A stretch of 32,000 nt of DNA from Patescibacteria group bacterium (lineage in GTDB: Bacteria; Patescibacteriota; Minisyncoccia; UBA6257; HR35): positions 12,268 through 44,267 of the forward strand of contig JAMCWY010000019.1 of assembly GCA_023480925.1 (NCBI GenBank), read 5' to 3'. A model generated the notes under the pieces. The model worked only from the letters and a program-made list of their open reading frames with translations, made no database searches and was not told the DNA's origin. Numbering within the stretch: position 1 is the first letter of the stretch; the number at the start of each line of letters is the position of its first letter. The translations under genes and the position numbers were made by a program. Shown here one piece after another: positions 19,139 through 27,845 of this stretch.

Positions 19139-20488
19139 ATGTTTTATTCGAACGACTCGAAAAAAAATAAATTGTTTTACCGCCGCTTGCTTTTAAGGCG
19201 GCAAAAAGGCAACCGGTCTTTCACTTTGATTGAACTTTTGATTGTCTTTTCGATCTTGGCCGTTTTAGCCACGGTCTTAATCATCTTAATCAAACCGGCT
19301 CAAATCTTCGCCAAAGTCAGAGACGGCCAAAGAGTTCAAAATATTAAAAATCTCAACACCGCCGTTGAAATTTTTAATTCGACTAACCCCACCGCCTTCA
19401 TCGGCACGAGCTCAATCGTTTATATCTCTTTGCCCGACGCGGCCGGAAATTGCGGCAACTGGTTAGACCGACTTCCGCCCCTGCCTAATAGCGGTTGGTC
19501 TTACCATTGCGCCACTACTCAAAACTATAAAAATGTTAACGGCACGGGCTGGTTGCCGATCAATTTTACGGCCGACCCAATGATTAATCTCTCTCAATTG
19601 CCAACCGACCCGATCAACAACACAACCTACTTTTATTCTTACACGACCGACCCGCAATGGCATTTGACCACTCCTTTGGAATTGGCCGCGAATCGAAGCG
19701 ACAAAGCTTTGGCTGGCACCGACGGCGGTTCTTCTGCCAACGCTTATGAACAAGGAACTAACCTAACCCTGATCCCGTTCAATGTTTTAAACTGGGTTGA
19801 GAGCGCGAGCGATCCAACTTTAATTGGCTGGTGGCCCCTAACCGAAGGCAGCGGCTTGACTATCTATGATCTTTCAACCTATAAACATCCCGGTTCTTTT
19901 CAAACAAACTCAGAACTTTGTGGCTCAGCCTGCATGCCAACTTGGTCTAACCAAAATAATGGCCATTACGCCATCAAGATGAACACTCAAGCCTATGTCA
20001 GTATTATTTCAAGCGCCGGCATTCACGGCTCAAACTCATCGCCGAATTTCACCATCAGCGCTTGGATCAAAACCGCTCAACCCAACTTCATTGGTCTTTG
20101 GGCCAACACTGCCGTTGACACCGCGGCGATTTTTTACCCTCAAGACAACTACGGCTGTTGGGCCAGCAGTGCAGCTGTTTTTAAATATCCAAACGCGACC
20201 TACCCACTTAACAACTCGCTGGCCGACAACAGCTGGCATCTTTGGACCGCGACCTATGACGGCAACAAAGAGATAGATTATGTTGATGGTCAAATTGTTG
20301 CCAACGCCAGTCGAACACCAAACCCCAGCCAATTTAATCTCACTAAAATCACTCTTCACACCGACAATGGCACTTGCAACGACCTTTCAACTCGGGGTTA
20401 TATCGGCGAAGTCAGAATTTATAGCCGCGCCTTATCGAACCAAGCGGTTCAAGATCTTTACACCAATGGCAAAAATAATTATCTTTAA
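19139..20488 (+). CDS. type IV pilin-like protein fused to a C-terminal LamG (laminin-G/concanavalin-like) domain
   Basis: Prepilin N-terminus (RSFTLIELLIVFSILAVLA). LamG signatures are NFTISAWIK, NSWHLWTATYDGNKEIDYVDG and IGEVRIYSRALS. Confidence 0.75.
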   Translation: MFYSNDSKKNKLFYRRLLLRRQKGNRSFTLIELLIVFSILAVLATVLIILIKPAQIFAKVRDGQRVQNIKNLNTAVEIFNSTNPTAFIGTSSIVYISLPDAAGNCGNWLDRLPPLPNSGWSYHCATTQNYKNVNGTGWLPINFTADPMINLSQLPTDPINNTTYFYSYTTDPQWHLTTPLELAANRSDKALAGTDGGSSANAYEQGTNLTLIPFNVLNWVESASDPTLIGWWPLTEGSGLTIYDLSTYKHPGSFQTNSELCGSACMPTWSNQNNGHYAIKMNTQAYVSIISSAGIHGSNSSPNFTISAWIKTAQPNFIGLWANTAVDTAAIFYPQDNYGCWASSAAVFKYPNATYPLNNSLADNSWHLWTATYDGNKEIDYVDGQIVANASRTPNPSQFNLTKITLHTDNGTCNDLSTRGYIGEVRIYSRALSNQAVQDLYTNGKNNYL

Positions 20489-20606
20489 TTTTTTTGCCAA
20501 CCGGTTGTTCCAATCGTGATTTAAATTTTTTTACGAATAACGTCTTTTGCTCACAAGAGCAATAACCGAAAATTTTATTTTTAGACGGCTAAGCGATCAG
20601 ATTATT

Positions 20607-21764
20607 TTAAGCTAATTCTTTTTCGATCGCGATCACCCGTTCATACTTGGCCAAGCGTTCTTTCTGGATAGGCGAACCGGCTTTAAGAAAGTCGGCGCCG
20701 GCACCAACGGCCAGATCGGCGATAAAATCATCCATTGTCTCGCCGCTCCGGTGACTAATAATGATTTTTAAATTATTTTTTCGGGCCGCCTCGATTGCCG
20801 CGAAAGTTTCAAGCAGACCGCCGGCTTGGGTTGTCTTAATAATAACGGCGTTCAAACATCTCTCGGCGAACTTGACAATCAGCTCGGCCTTGGTTGAAGT
20901 CAGATCATCGCCAACAACCATGATTTTTTCAAAAAACTCGTAGCAAACTCGCTGCCAGCCAAGAAGATCGTCCTCGCAAAGCGGATCCTCCATGTAAATA
21001 ATGGGAAAATCTTTAAGCAAGGCGGCGTAGTAATTAGTCATCTCGACCGCGGTCATAGTCTTGTTATTAAAGGTGTACTTTTGATCCAGACAAAAATAAT
21101 TGGCGGCCAAGTCCAAGCCCAGTTTCGTCTCGTCTCTCAAAACCGAACTTAAAACCTCAAGACCGTAACGCGGATCAATCGACTGAAAAGCAAATCCGCC
21201 CTCGTCGCCAAAAACGTTAAGATGGTACTTAAGACTAATCCGCTCGATTAAGTTAAAAGCTTCTTTTAAATTAGCCGCCGCCGTTGACTTGAGCGGGATA
21301 GCGAGATATTCCTGAAAAGTTAAACCGGCTTTAACGTGAGCGCCGCCGTTAATCAGGTTAAAAAGAAACTTCGGAATTTTTAATTCGGTCAAATTGAGAT
21401 AGTGATTAATCAGTCGGTAAAGCGGCTCAGTCGCGGCCAGGCTTTCAAGTCTTAACCAAGCAATCTCGATCGCCAAATGAAGATTCGAACCAAAATTATT
21501 TTTGTCCGGATCAAGCTGATTAAGAAAATTAGCCAAGTCATAAAGATCGGTGAACACCTTATTCTTCAGGGCCGATTGAAGTTGGGGGAAAATTTCCGCG
21601 ACTTTTTTTGGTTCAAGGGTAAAAGCTTCTTTCGAACTTTTGCTCTTGCCCGAAGGAATACTCGCCTTTGCCTCGAAACCGTCAGCGGCGCTTAAATTAA
21701 CTTCAATCGTTTCTTCTTGACGCGAATCAAGAATGATCTTTAGGTTTAAATCGTTTAACTTCAT
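20607..21764 (-). CDS. eno: enolase (short, divergent, 385 aa)
   Basis: N-terminus ILDSRQEETIEVNL...ASIPSGKSKSSKEA and C-terminus IIKTTQAGGLLET...ISHRSGETMDDFIADLAVG match enolase signatures. Confidence 0.85.
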   Translation of the reverse strand: MKLNDLNLKIILDSRQEETIEVNLSAADGFEAKASIPSGKSKSSKEAFTLEPKKVAEIFPQLQSALKNKVFTDLYDLANFLNQLDPDKNNFGSNLHLAIEIAWLRLESLAATEPLYRLINHYLNLTELKIPKFLFNLINGGAHVKAGLTFQEYLAIPLKSTAAANLKEAFNLIERISLKYHLNVFGDEGGFAFQSIDPRYGLEVLSSVLRDETKLGLDLAANYFCLDQKYTFNNKTMTAVEMTNYYAALLKDFPIIYMEDPLCEDDLLGWQRVCYEFFEKIMVVGDDLTSTKAELIVKFAERCLNAVIIKTTQAGGLLETFAAIEAARKNNLKIIISHRSGETMDDFIADLAVGAGADFLKAGSPIQKERLAKYERVIAIEKELA

Positions 21765-24130
21765 CTTTGGTTTCGAACGCTCTTTTCCAACTTGGCCACG
21801 GCCAGCAACGTTTTGACGACGCTATCAGGATTCAAAGAAATACTATCAATGCCGTTTTTAACCAAAAAGAGAGCGAAATCAAGATAGTCCGACGGCGCCT
21901 GACCGCAAATACCAATGTACTTTTTCAGCCGCTTGGCCGTTTTAATCAAATCGGCCAAAAACAGCCTCATCGCTTTTTGATTTTCATTGGCGATTCCGGC
22001 CAAACTTTGATTATCCCGATCCAAACCAAAAACCAACTGAGTTAAATCGTTTGAACCGATTGAAAAGCCGTCAAAAATTTTCAAGAACGCCTGAGCGACA
22101 ATAATGTTACTGGGGATTTCGGCCATGGCGTAAATTTTAATTCGGCGCCGAGGAATAAATTTCGTGATCGACTCGATCACTTTTTTCCCTTCTTCAACCG
22201 TCCGGCAAAACGGCACCAAGACCGAGATATTTTTTAAACCAAAATCGTCTCGGGCTCGTCTAATCGCTTCAACTTCAAGATCAAAGGCGGCCTTAAAGTT
22301 TGGATCGTAATAACGGCTCGCCCCGCGCCAACCTAACATCGGATTTTCTTCCTTTGGTTCGTAAAGTTCGCCGCCGATTAAATTTTTATATTCGTTTGTT
22401 TTAAAGTCGGAAAAACGAATAATAACTTCGTTTGGATAAAAAGCGGCGGCAATCTGACCAATACCAAACGCCAATTTTTCAACGTAAAATTCTTTTTTAT
22501 TTTTATAGGTTGAAGTCAATGCTTCGACTTTTTTCTTAATCGCCAAAGGCAGGTTTGGATAATCAAGTAAGGCCCGGGGATGAATACCGATCGAAGCGGC
22601 GATAATAAACTCTTCCCGAGCCAAACCAACGCCCTGAACGGGCAAAAATGATTGTTTGAAAGCCTCGCTCGGCATACCGACATTAACCATTATCTTCGTC
22701 TTGGTTCTGGGTAAACGCTCGAGCGGACTAACTTTTGTTTTAATCTCAGCCGAACCGGCGTAAATCCGGCCCTGTTCGCTCGAACAATCAATCGTGACCA
22801 GCTGGCCGGTTTTGATTAATTTTGTCGCCTTGAAAGAACCGACGATTGCGGCGATACCGAGTTCGCGCGAAACGATCGCGGCGTGAGAGGTCCGGCCGCC
22901 CAAATCGGTGATAATGCCGCGAGCGATTTTCATAATCGGTTCCCAGTCCGGATCGGTAATAGTTGTGATTAAAATTTCACCCGGCTTAAATTTATCGATC
23001 TGTTTGATATCGGTGATAACCCGAGCCCGGCCGCTGACTGATTTCGAACCAACGCTGATGCCTTCAAGAATTAGACGGCCCTTAGGCTCAACTGTTTGTT
23101 CGATTAGAACATTTTGCTTTTTAACCGAGTGAATCGTTTCGGGCCGAGCTTGAACGATATAAAGTTTATTTTCCAAACCATCTTTCGCCCACTCGATATC
23201 CATGGCCTGATAACGACCGTGGGAACGGGAATAATGTTTTTCAATCAACTCGGCCGATTTGGCCAAACTCAAAACTTCTTTGTCGTTTAAAGAAAAAACG
23301 TTTTGTTTCGACCGACTCACCGACGCCAACTTCGTTCTTTTTTTTGAATCGTAAATTAAAGCTCGATTTTTCTGACCGAGTTTTTTAAAAATAATTTTAT
23401 TCGTCGGTTTAAAAACCTGAAACTCATCCGGGATGACCTCACCCTGGACAATAAGCTCGCCCAAACCGTAGATTGAATTGATCACAACAACATTGCGAAA
23501 GCCGCTGTCCGGATCAAGGGTGAAAATAACGCCCGAAGCGGCTCGATCCGACCGAACCATTTTTTGAACGCCGACCGAGAGAAAAATTTTTAGGTGATCA
23601 AAGTGCCGATCTTGCCGATAACTGATCGCCCGATTGGTAAAAAGCGAGGCGAAACAACTTCTGATTGATTTTAAAAGTTCGTCTTCGCCGCGAACATTAA
23701 GAAAACTCTCCTGTTCGCCGGCGAAAGAAGCGGTCGGCAAGTCTTCGGCCGTGGCCGATGACCGAACCGCGACATCAAGTCGAGGATTGCCGTACTCCCG
23801 GCCAAGTTTTTCGTAAGCCAATTTGATTTCTTTCGCCAAGGCCGGCGAAAAATCGCTCGTCCGAATTAAAGTCCGGATAGCCAAACCAATTTTTCGAAGT
23901 TTAACGATATTTTTACCGTCCCAGTTTTTCAAAAGTATTTTGATTTTTCTCGCCAAAGAGTTGAATTCGATAAAATCTTTATAGCCGGTCGCGGTTACGG
24001 CAAAGCCGTCGGGAATACTGACGCCTTGGCCCGACAAACTTCTAACCATCTCGCCCAGCGAAGCGTTCTTGCCACCGACTAAAGGAACATCCTTGTAACT
24101 GATTTCTTTAAAAAATTTTATAAATTTCAT
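21761..24130 (-). CDS. ppsA: phosphoenolpyruvate synthase (pyruvate, water dikinase)
   Basis: VGGKNASLGEM, the phosphohistidine region GGRTSHAAIVSRELGI, and a C-terminal PEP-utilising domain (FFSIGSNDLTQ-like FSIGSNDLTQL). Confidence 0.93.
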   Translation of the reverse strand: MKFIKFFKEISYKDVPLVGGKNASLGEMVRSLSGQGVSIPDGFAVTATGYKDFIEFNSLARKIKILLKNWDGKNIVKLRKIGLAIRTLIRTSDFSPALAKEIKLAYEKLGREYGNPRLDVAVRSSATAEDLPTASFAGEQESFLNVRGEDELLKSIRSCFASLFTNRAISYRQDRHFDHLKIFLSVGVQKMVRSDRAASGVIFTLDPDSGFRNVVVINSIYGLGELIVQGEVIPDEFQVFKPTNKIIFKKLGQKNRALIYDSKKRTKLASVSRSKQNVFSLNDKEVLSLAKSAELIEKHYSRSHGRYQAMDIEWAKDGLENKLYIVQARPETIHSVKKQNVLIEQTVEPKGRLILEGISVGSKSVSGRARVITDIKQIDKFKPGEILITTITDPDWEPIMKIARGIITDLGGRTSHAAIVSRELGIAAIVGSFKATKLIKTGQLVTIDCSSEQGRIYAGSAEIKTKVSPLERLPRTKTKIMVNVGMPSEAFKQSFLPVQGVGLAREEFIIAASIGIHPRALLDYPNLPLAIKKKVEALTSTYKNKKEFYVEKLAFGIGQIAAAFYPNEVIIRFSDFKTNEYKNLIGGELYEPKEENPMLGWRGASRYYDPNFKAAFDLEVEAIRRARDDFGLKNISVLVPFCRTVEEGKKVIESITKFIPRRRIKIYAMAEIPSNIIVAQAFLKIFDGFSIGSNDLTQLVFGLDRDNQSLAGIANENQKAMRLFLADLIKTAKRLKKYIGICGQAPSDYLDFALFLVKNGIDSISLNPDSVVKTLLAVAKLEKSVRNQR

Positions 24131-24187
24131 TTTATTTTGATCGCTCTAAATTTAATTTCGCTCGACAAAAATTTAATCGCGAAAAGT

Positions 24188-24469
24188 TTAATTTTTTTGA
24201 GAATAACCTGACTGAATTAATTCTATTTTTTGCCGGCGCGAAAAATTTTTAACCGCCGCCTCGCGCCGAAGAGCAAGCGACCGGCTCGGATGCTTTTCAA
24301 AATAAACCAACTCGGCGGGCCAACGACTTTTGACATAGGCACTGCCACGACCAGAGCGATGATCCTGAAAACGTTTTTTAAGATCGATGGCGATACCAGC
24401 GTAAAAACTTTGGTCCCGGCAACGCAAAAGATAAAAATAATACGGTTTACTCAACTGCACCCGTTTCAT
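24188..24469 (-). CDS. GIY-YIG nuclease superfamily protein (UPF0213-like)
   Basis: YYFYLLRCRDQSFYAGIAIDLKKRFQDHRSG...E.A.K matches the GIY-YIG pattern. The start is taken at MKRVQLSK. Confidence 0.75.
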   Translation of the reverse strand: MKRVQLSKPYYFYLLRCRDQSFYAGIAIDLKKRFQDHRSGRGSAYVKSRWPAELVYFEKHPSRSLALRREAAVKNFSRRQKIELIQSGYSQKN

Positions 24470-24662
24470 CGGCAAGCTCAGCCTTGACGGTCTTGAATTC
24501 ATTCTCGACCTCCTTCAACCTGACTTTCAAATCCTTAATCAAAACCACCCCTTCTTTAACTTTTTTTAAACCGGCCTCAACGTCAACTTCTTCTTGGCTT
24601 TCAAACCAACTAATAATCTGTTCCAATTTTTTTAATGACTCGCTGATTTTTTCTTTCTCCAT
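24447..24662 (-). CDS. xseB: exodeoxyribonuclease VII small subunit
   Basis: A 71-aa helical protein (LKKLEQIISWFE...). It lies immediately downstream of xseA. Confidence 0.8.
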   Translation of the reverse strand: MEKEKISESLKKLEQIISWFESQEEVDVEAGLKKVKEGVVLIKDLKVRLKEVENEFKTVKAELADETGAVE

Positions 24663-24679
24663 TATTTTTAATTCAATCT

Positions 24680-26089
24680 TTAATCGTTTAACTCGCCGCT
24701 GTTTTCAACCCGATTGACTTCCTCGACTCGGGCTTTAAATTCGCCTTTATAAATTTTCGCTTTAATCTGATCGCCCGAGACGACTTGATCAATGTCTTTA
24801 ACGACCGCGCCAATCTGATTAATTATAATACTATAACCCAGTTTTAAATTACGACTCGGATTAAAACCGGCCAAGCGCGATCGGCTCAACTCCAACTCTT
24901 TGGTCAAGCGGTTGATTAATTTTTCAAATAAAATCGGCAGACGCGAACCGAACTCTTCGACCGCCTTTTCTTTTTTCGCCCGCATCGATTCAAACTGCCT
25001 GAGATTAAGAATAAATTGGTTGAAAACGTTTTTTGAGCGAAAACTAATTTGGTTTAACTGATTTAAAAGTCGAACGTTTGCCTGATCAAACTCGGCCTGG
25101 CTTGTCTGCAAACCAAACTCAAAAAGATGAGTAATGTTGGTTTCAAATCGGGGTAAGACTTCAATTAAATTTCGCCAAGAATCGTTTATGGCGATCGCGG
25201 CCGCGGTTGGCGTTGACGGAGCCAAGTCGGCAACCAAGTTGGCAATTGGCAGATCGCGCTCGTGGCCGATCCCAGCGATGGTCGGTATCTTTGAGCCAAA
25301 AATCGATCGGCAAACCAGTTCATGATTAAACGGCTGAAGATCTTCAAGACTGCCGCCGCCGCGAATTATAACCAAAACATTCAAACCCGGGCTGGTTTGA
25401 TTAAACCAATCGATCGCTTTAATAATATTGTCAACCGCTTGCCGGCCCTCAACCCGAACATCACGGAAAAAAATTTTATAACCGCGCCGGTCCAAGTTGC
25501 GGCGAAAATCATCGATAACCGCGCCGGTCTTCGACGTGATTAAACCAATCGTTTGGATAAACTCGGGCAGTGGCCGTTTCCGTTCGAACAAACCCTCAAG
25601 TTCCAGTTTTCGCTTAAGTAGATCATAAGCTTTTTTTAAGGCGCCCTCGCCGACCAATTCCAAACCTTCGACCAAAAAACTCAGCCGGCCCTTGGCTTTA
25701 TAAATCTCGGCCCGACCGCTTACCTTAATCGCCATGCCTTCAGCTAAGGTCAAACCAAGACTGCGATAAAGACCGGGGCGGATATAGCAGTTTAAAACCG
25801 CCGTTTCTTTTTGGTCCTTTAAAGCGAAATAAACGCCGGTTTGATGATGATTAAGTTCGGTAATCTCGCCCAATATAGAAACAATTTGAATCGCCAAAAC
25901 TTCGTTAAGTTGGTCGATAAAATCAGCGACGCCAAACAGACGCTCGGTTGAAATCGAAGATTCGGCCGAATCGAAACCGGCCAATCTTTTTTTCTTCTCG
26001 TCGTCGCTCAAAACCAACTTAAGGCGGCTTGATTGAAATAAATCACTCTCGGCGCCGCTATTTTTTCTTCGATTGATTCGCTTAGCCAT
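24680..26089 (-). CDS. xseA: exodeoxyribonuclease VII large subunit
   Basis: N-terminal OB fold (ILGEITELNHHQTGVYFALKD), then the catalytic region (IGLITSKTGAVIDDF...IIRGGGSLEDL...GIGHERD). Confidence 0.88.
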   Translation of the reverse strand: MAKRINRRKNSGAESDLFQSSRLKLVLSDDEKKKRLAGFDSAESSISTERLFGVADFIDQLNEVLAIQIVSILGEITELNHHQTGVYFALKDQKETAVLNCYIRPGLYRSLGLTLAEGMAIKVSGRAEIYKAKGRLSFLVEGLELVGEGALKKAYDLLKRKLELEGLFERKRPLPEFIQTIGLITSKTGAVIDDFRRNLDRRGYKIFFRDVRVEGRQAVDNIIKAIDWFNQTSPGLNVLVIIRGGGSLEDLQPFNHELVCRSIFGSKIPTIAGIGHERDLPIANLVADLAPSTPTAAAIAINDSWRNLIEVLPRFETNITHLFEFGLQTSQAEFDQANVRLLNQLNQISFRSKNVFNQFILNLRQFESMRAKKEKAVEEFGSRLPILFEKLINRLTKELELSRSRLAGFNPSRNLKLGYSIIINQIGAVVKDIDQVVSGDQIKAKIYKGEFKARVEEVNRVENSGELND

Positions 26090-26774
26090 TGGCTTCTTCC
26101 GGTTCAGATTGGCCTAATCGACTAAATAACTCGATCATCTCTTCTTTCGAATAAATATCGAAGTCGCGCAGCTCACCCAAATAATTTTGTTCATAAGTTT
26201 TTAAGTACTGGTTGACGTAATCCACGATCGCGTCGGTTCGGCTAAAATTTTTCTTAAAAAGATCGAAACCATATTGAAGCTCAAGCAGATGCGCCTGGCG
26301 AATGGCGAAAAGCCAAGCTGAACGTTCCGCCAATAAAACTTCTTCGTATTCTTTTTTAATCGCTTTTAACCTTGACTCCGGATAAATATTAGCCTTGTCC
26401 AATGCTCTCGATTTCTGATTAGCTTTTATCGCCGACCAGATGAATTCCGTCTCAGTCGAATCAACAACATGACCAATTTCGTGAAGGAGGTTGAACAAAT
26501 CCTTAATCTCGTCAAATCGCCCGACCAAAACTTCCGGTTTTTGACCATGATGATTAGGCATAACCGCTGACCAATCATTCTTCCGACTTAACCTAAATTT
26601 CGTTCCGGCCGGTACAAACCAGTTAAAATCGAGAACGATCAGATTATCCTTTTTGAAACCGATAAACAAATCGTCATTTTCTTTTCTTTTAATCGTCAAC
26701 TTTAAACCCTGACCCAACTCGATTGATTTTTCTTTTTTCAACCAACCCAATCCCTCTTTTAATTGATTGAACAT
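26082..26774 (-). CDS. hypothetical HExxH (HEIGH) putative metallopeptidase-like protein
   Basis: LLHEIGHVVD motif. The start is moved to the ATG at 26774 because TTGGCG-N17-TATAAT (the -10 at 26782-26787, minus) sits 7 nt upstream of it. The 3' end overlaps the xseA start by 8 nt. Confidence 0.55.
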   Translation of the reverse strand: MFNQLKEGLGWLKKEKSIELGQGLKLTIKRKENDDLFIGFKKDNLIVLDFNWFVPAGTKFRLSRKNDWSAVMPNHHGQKPEVLVGRFDEIKDLFNLLHEIGHVVDSTETEFIWSAIKANQKSRALDKANIYPESRLKAIKKEYEEVLLAERSAWLFAIRQAHLLELQYGFDLFKKNFSRTDAIVDYVNQYLKTYEQNYLGELRDFDIYSKEEMIELFSRLGQSEPEEANG

Positions 26775-26883
26775 TACTAATATTATAAAACTAGAAATAA
26801 AAACTCGCCAACTCGACAATCAGAACAGTTGATTTAAAACAACCATGAAAATAACTCGACCAAAAAGCAACGAGAGAACGAAT

Positions 26884-27438
26884 TTAACTCAAACCCAAAA
26901 CCTCGTTGATTGAAATCATCGCGTCAAGGGCGAGTTGAATCAGTTCGTTTAACCCCAACTTCAAATACTCTTCCGACTTCAAAATAATATTTCGGTCAAC
27001 GCCGGCAGCAAACGATTTTTCCTTGAACTTTTTTAAAACCGAGTCAACGGTCACGTCCTTTAATTTTTTTGAGGGCTGAACCAAAGCGCAAGCGACGATC
27101 AAACCGGTAATCTCTTCGGTCGAGTAAAGCGCTTTTTCCAAAAGCGATTCCGGTTCAAAACCGTGAATGTGATTGTGAACTTTGACCGCCTGAATGATCT
27201 CTTTGGGGAAACCTTCCTTTTCCAAAACCGCCGCCGCGATTAAACTATGTTCTTCCGGCGTCTCTTTTGTTTCTTCCCAATCAAGATCGTGAACTAAACC
27301 GGCCAGGCCCCAAATTTCTTCGTCTTGGTTAAATTTTCTGGCTAAAGCCCGCATCAACGCCTCAACCGCGAAAAGATGCTTTTTTAAATTCTCGTTTTGA
27401 ATATGTTCGTCCAAAAGACACAAGGCTTTTTCCCGCAT
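26884..27438 (-). CDS. HD-domain phosphohydrolase
   Basis: H...HD motif (LAGLVHDLDW) plus downstream His residues (VKVHNHIH). Confidence 0.75.
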   Translation of the reverse strand: MREKALCLLDEHIQNENLKKHLFAVEALMRALARKFNQDEEIWGLAGLVHDLDWEETKETPEEHSLIAAAVLEKEGFPKEIIQAVKVHNHIHGFEPESLLEKALYSTEEITGLIVACALVQPSKKLKDVTVDSVLKKFKEKSFAAGVDRNIILKSEEYLKLGLNELIQLALDAMISINEVLGLS

Positions 27439-27474
27439 AATTTTTAGTTTAAATATTTAATCCTCGACGAGTCT

Positions 27475-27483
27475 TGTTATAAT
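27475..27483 (+). promoter_or_regulatory. extended -10 promoter TGTTATAAT upstream of tRNA-Gln
   Basis: TG at 27475-27476 and TATAAT at 27478-27483, about 70 nt before the tRNA 5' end. Confidence 0.45.
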
Positions 27484-27552
27484 ACAAACATAAGTAATTA
27501 TTATAAATGATTCCGTTGAAGTTTAAATGAAAAATAAAATCAACGGGAAAAT

Positions 27553-27626
27553 TGCGGGGTCGTCTAATGGTAGGACCGTGGACTCTGGATCCATGTATCT
27601 AGGTTCGAATCCTAGCCCCGCAGCCA
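27553..27626 (+). tRNA. tRNA-Gln (anticodon CUG), CCA encoded
   Basis: I folded it by hand. The acceptor is TGCGGGG/CCCCGCA (U1-A72) with discriminator G73 and CCA. The D stem is GTCT/GGAC. The anticodon stem is GTGGA/TCCAT with loop CT-CTG-GA. The T arm is CTAGG-TTCGAAT-CCTAG. Total length is 74 nt. Confidence 0.93.
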
Positions 27627-27637
27627 AATTTGACGCA

Positions 27638-27839
27638 ACAAACTTTTGACATTATTTTGCCGAATTTAATCCACAAATCTAAGAAACGAGACCTTACCTG
27701 ATAGTTGCCCGCCGCCTGCGGCGGCGGGTAGGAAAACCCGTCGGCTCTCGCGGGCAAAAATTTTTCCCCTCAAACTCCCCCAATTTTTGGCCGCGAGACA
27801 ACCACAAAAGATTTACAAAATCAGTGAGATAGTGTATAA
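27638..27839. repeat. left copy of the 202-bp inverted repeat (IR-L)
   Basis: It matches the reverse complement of 30423-30624 at 194/202 positions with no gaps (hand alignment). Confidence 0.95.
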
Positions 27840-27840
27840 A
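27812..27840 (+). promoter_or_regulatory. inward-facing promoter TTTACA-N17-TATAAA at the inner end of IR-L
   Basis: -35 at 27812-27817, -10 at 27835-27840, and an exact 17-nt spacer. Confidence 0.6.
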
Positions 27841-27845
27841 GTTAA

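Noticed and set aside
20547-20562. The hairpin TTGCTC-acaa-GAGCAA between the pilin gene and eno as a terminator.
   Set aside because: The stem is only 6 bp and no adjacent T-run follows it on either strand. It is too weak to call.
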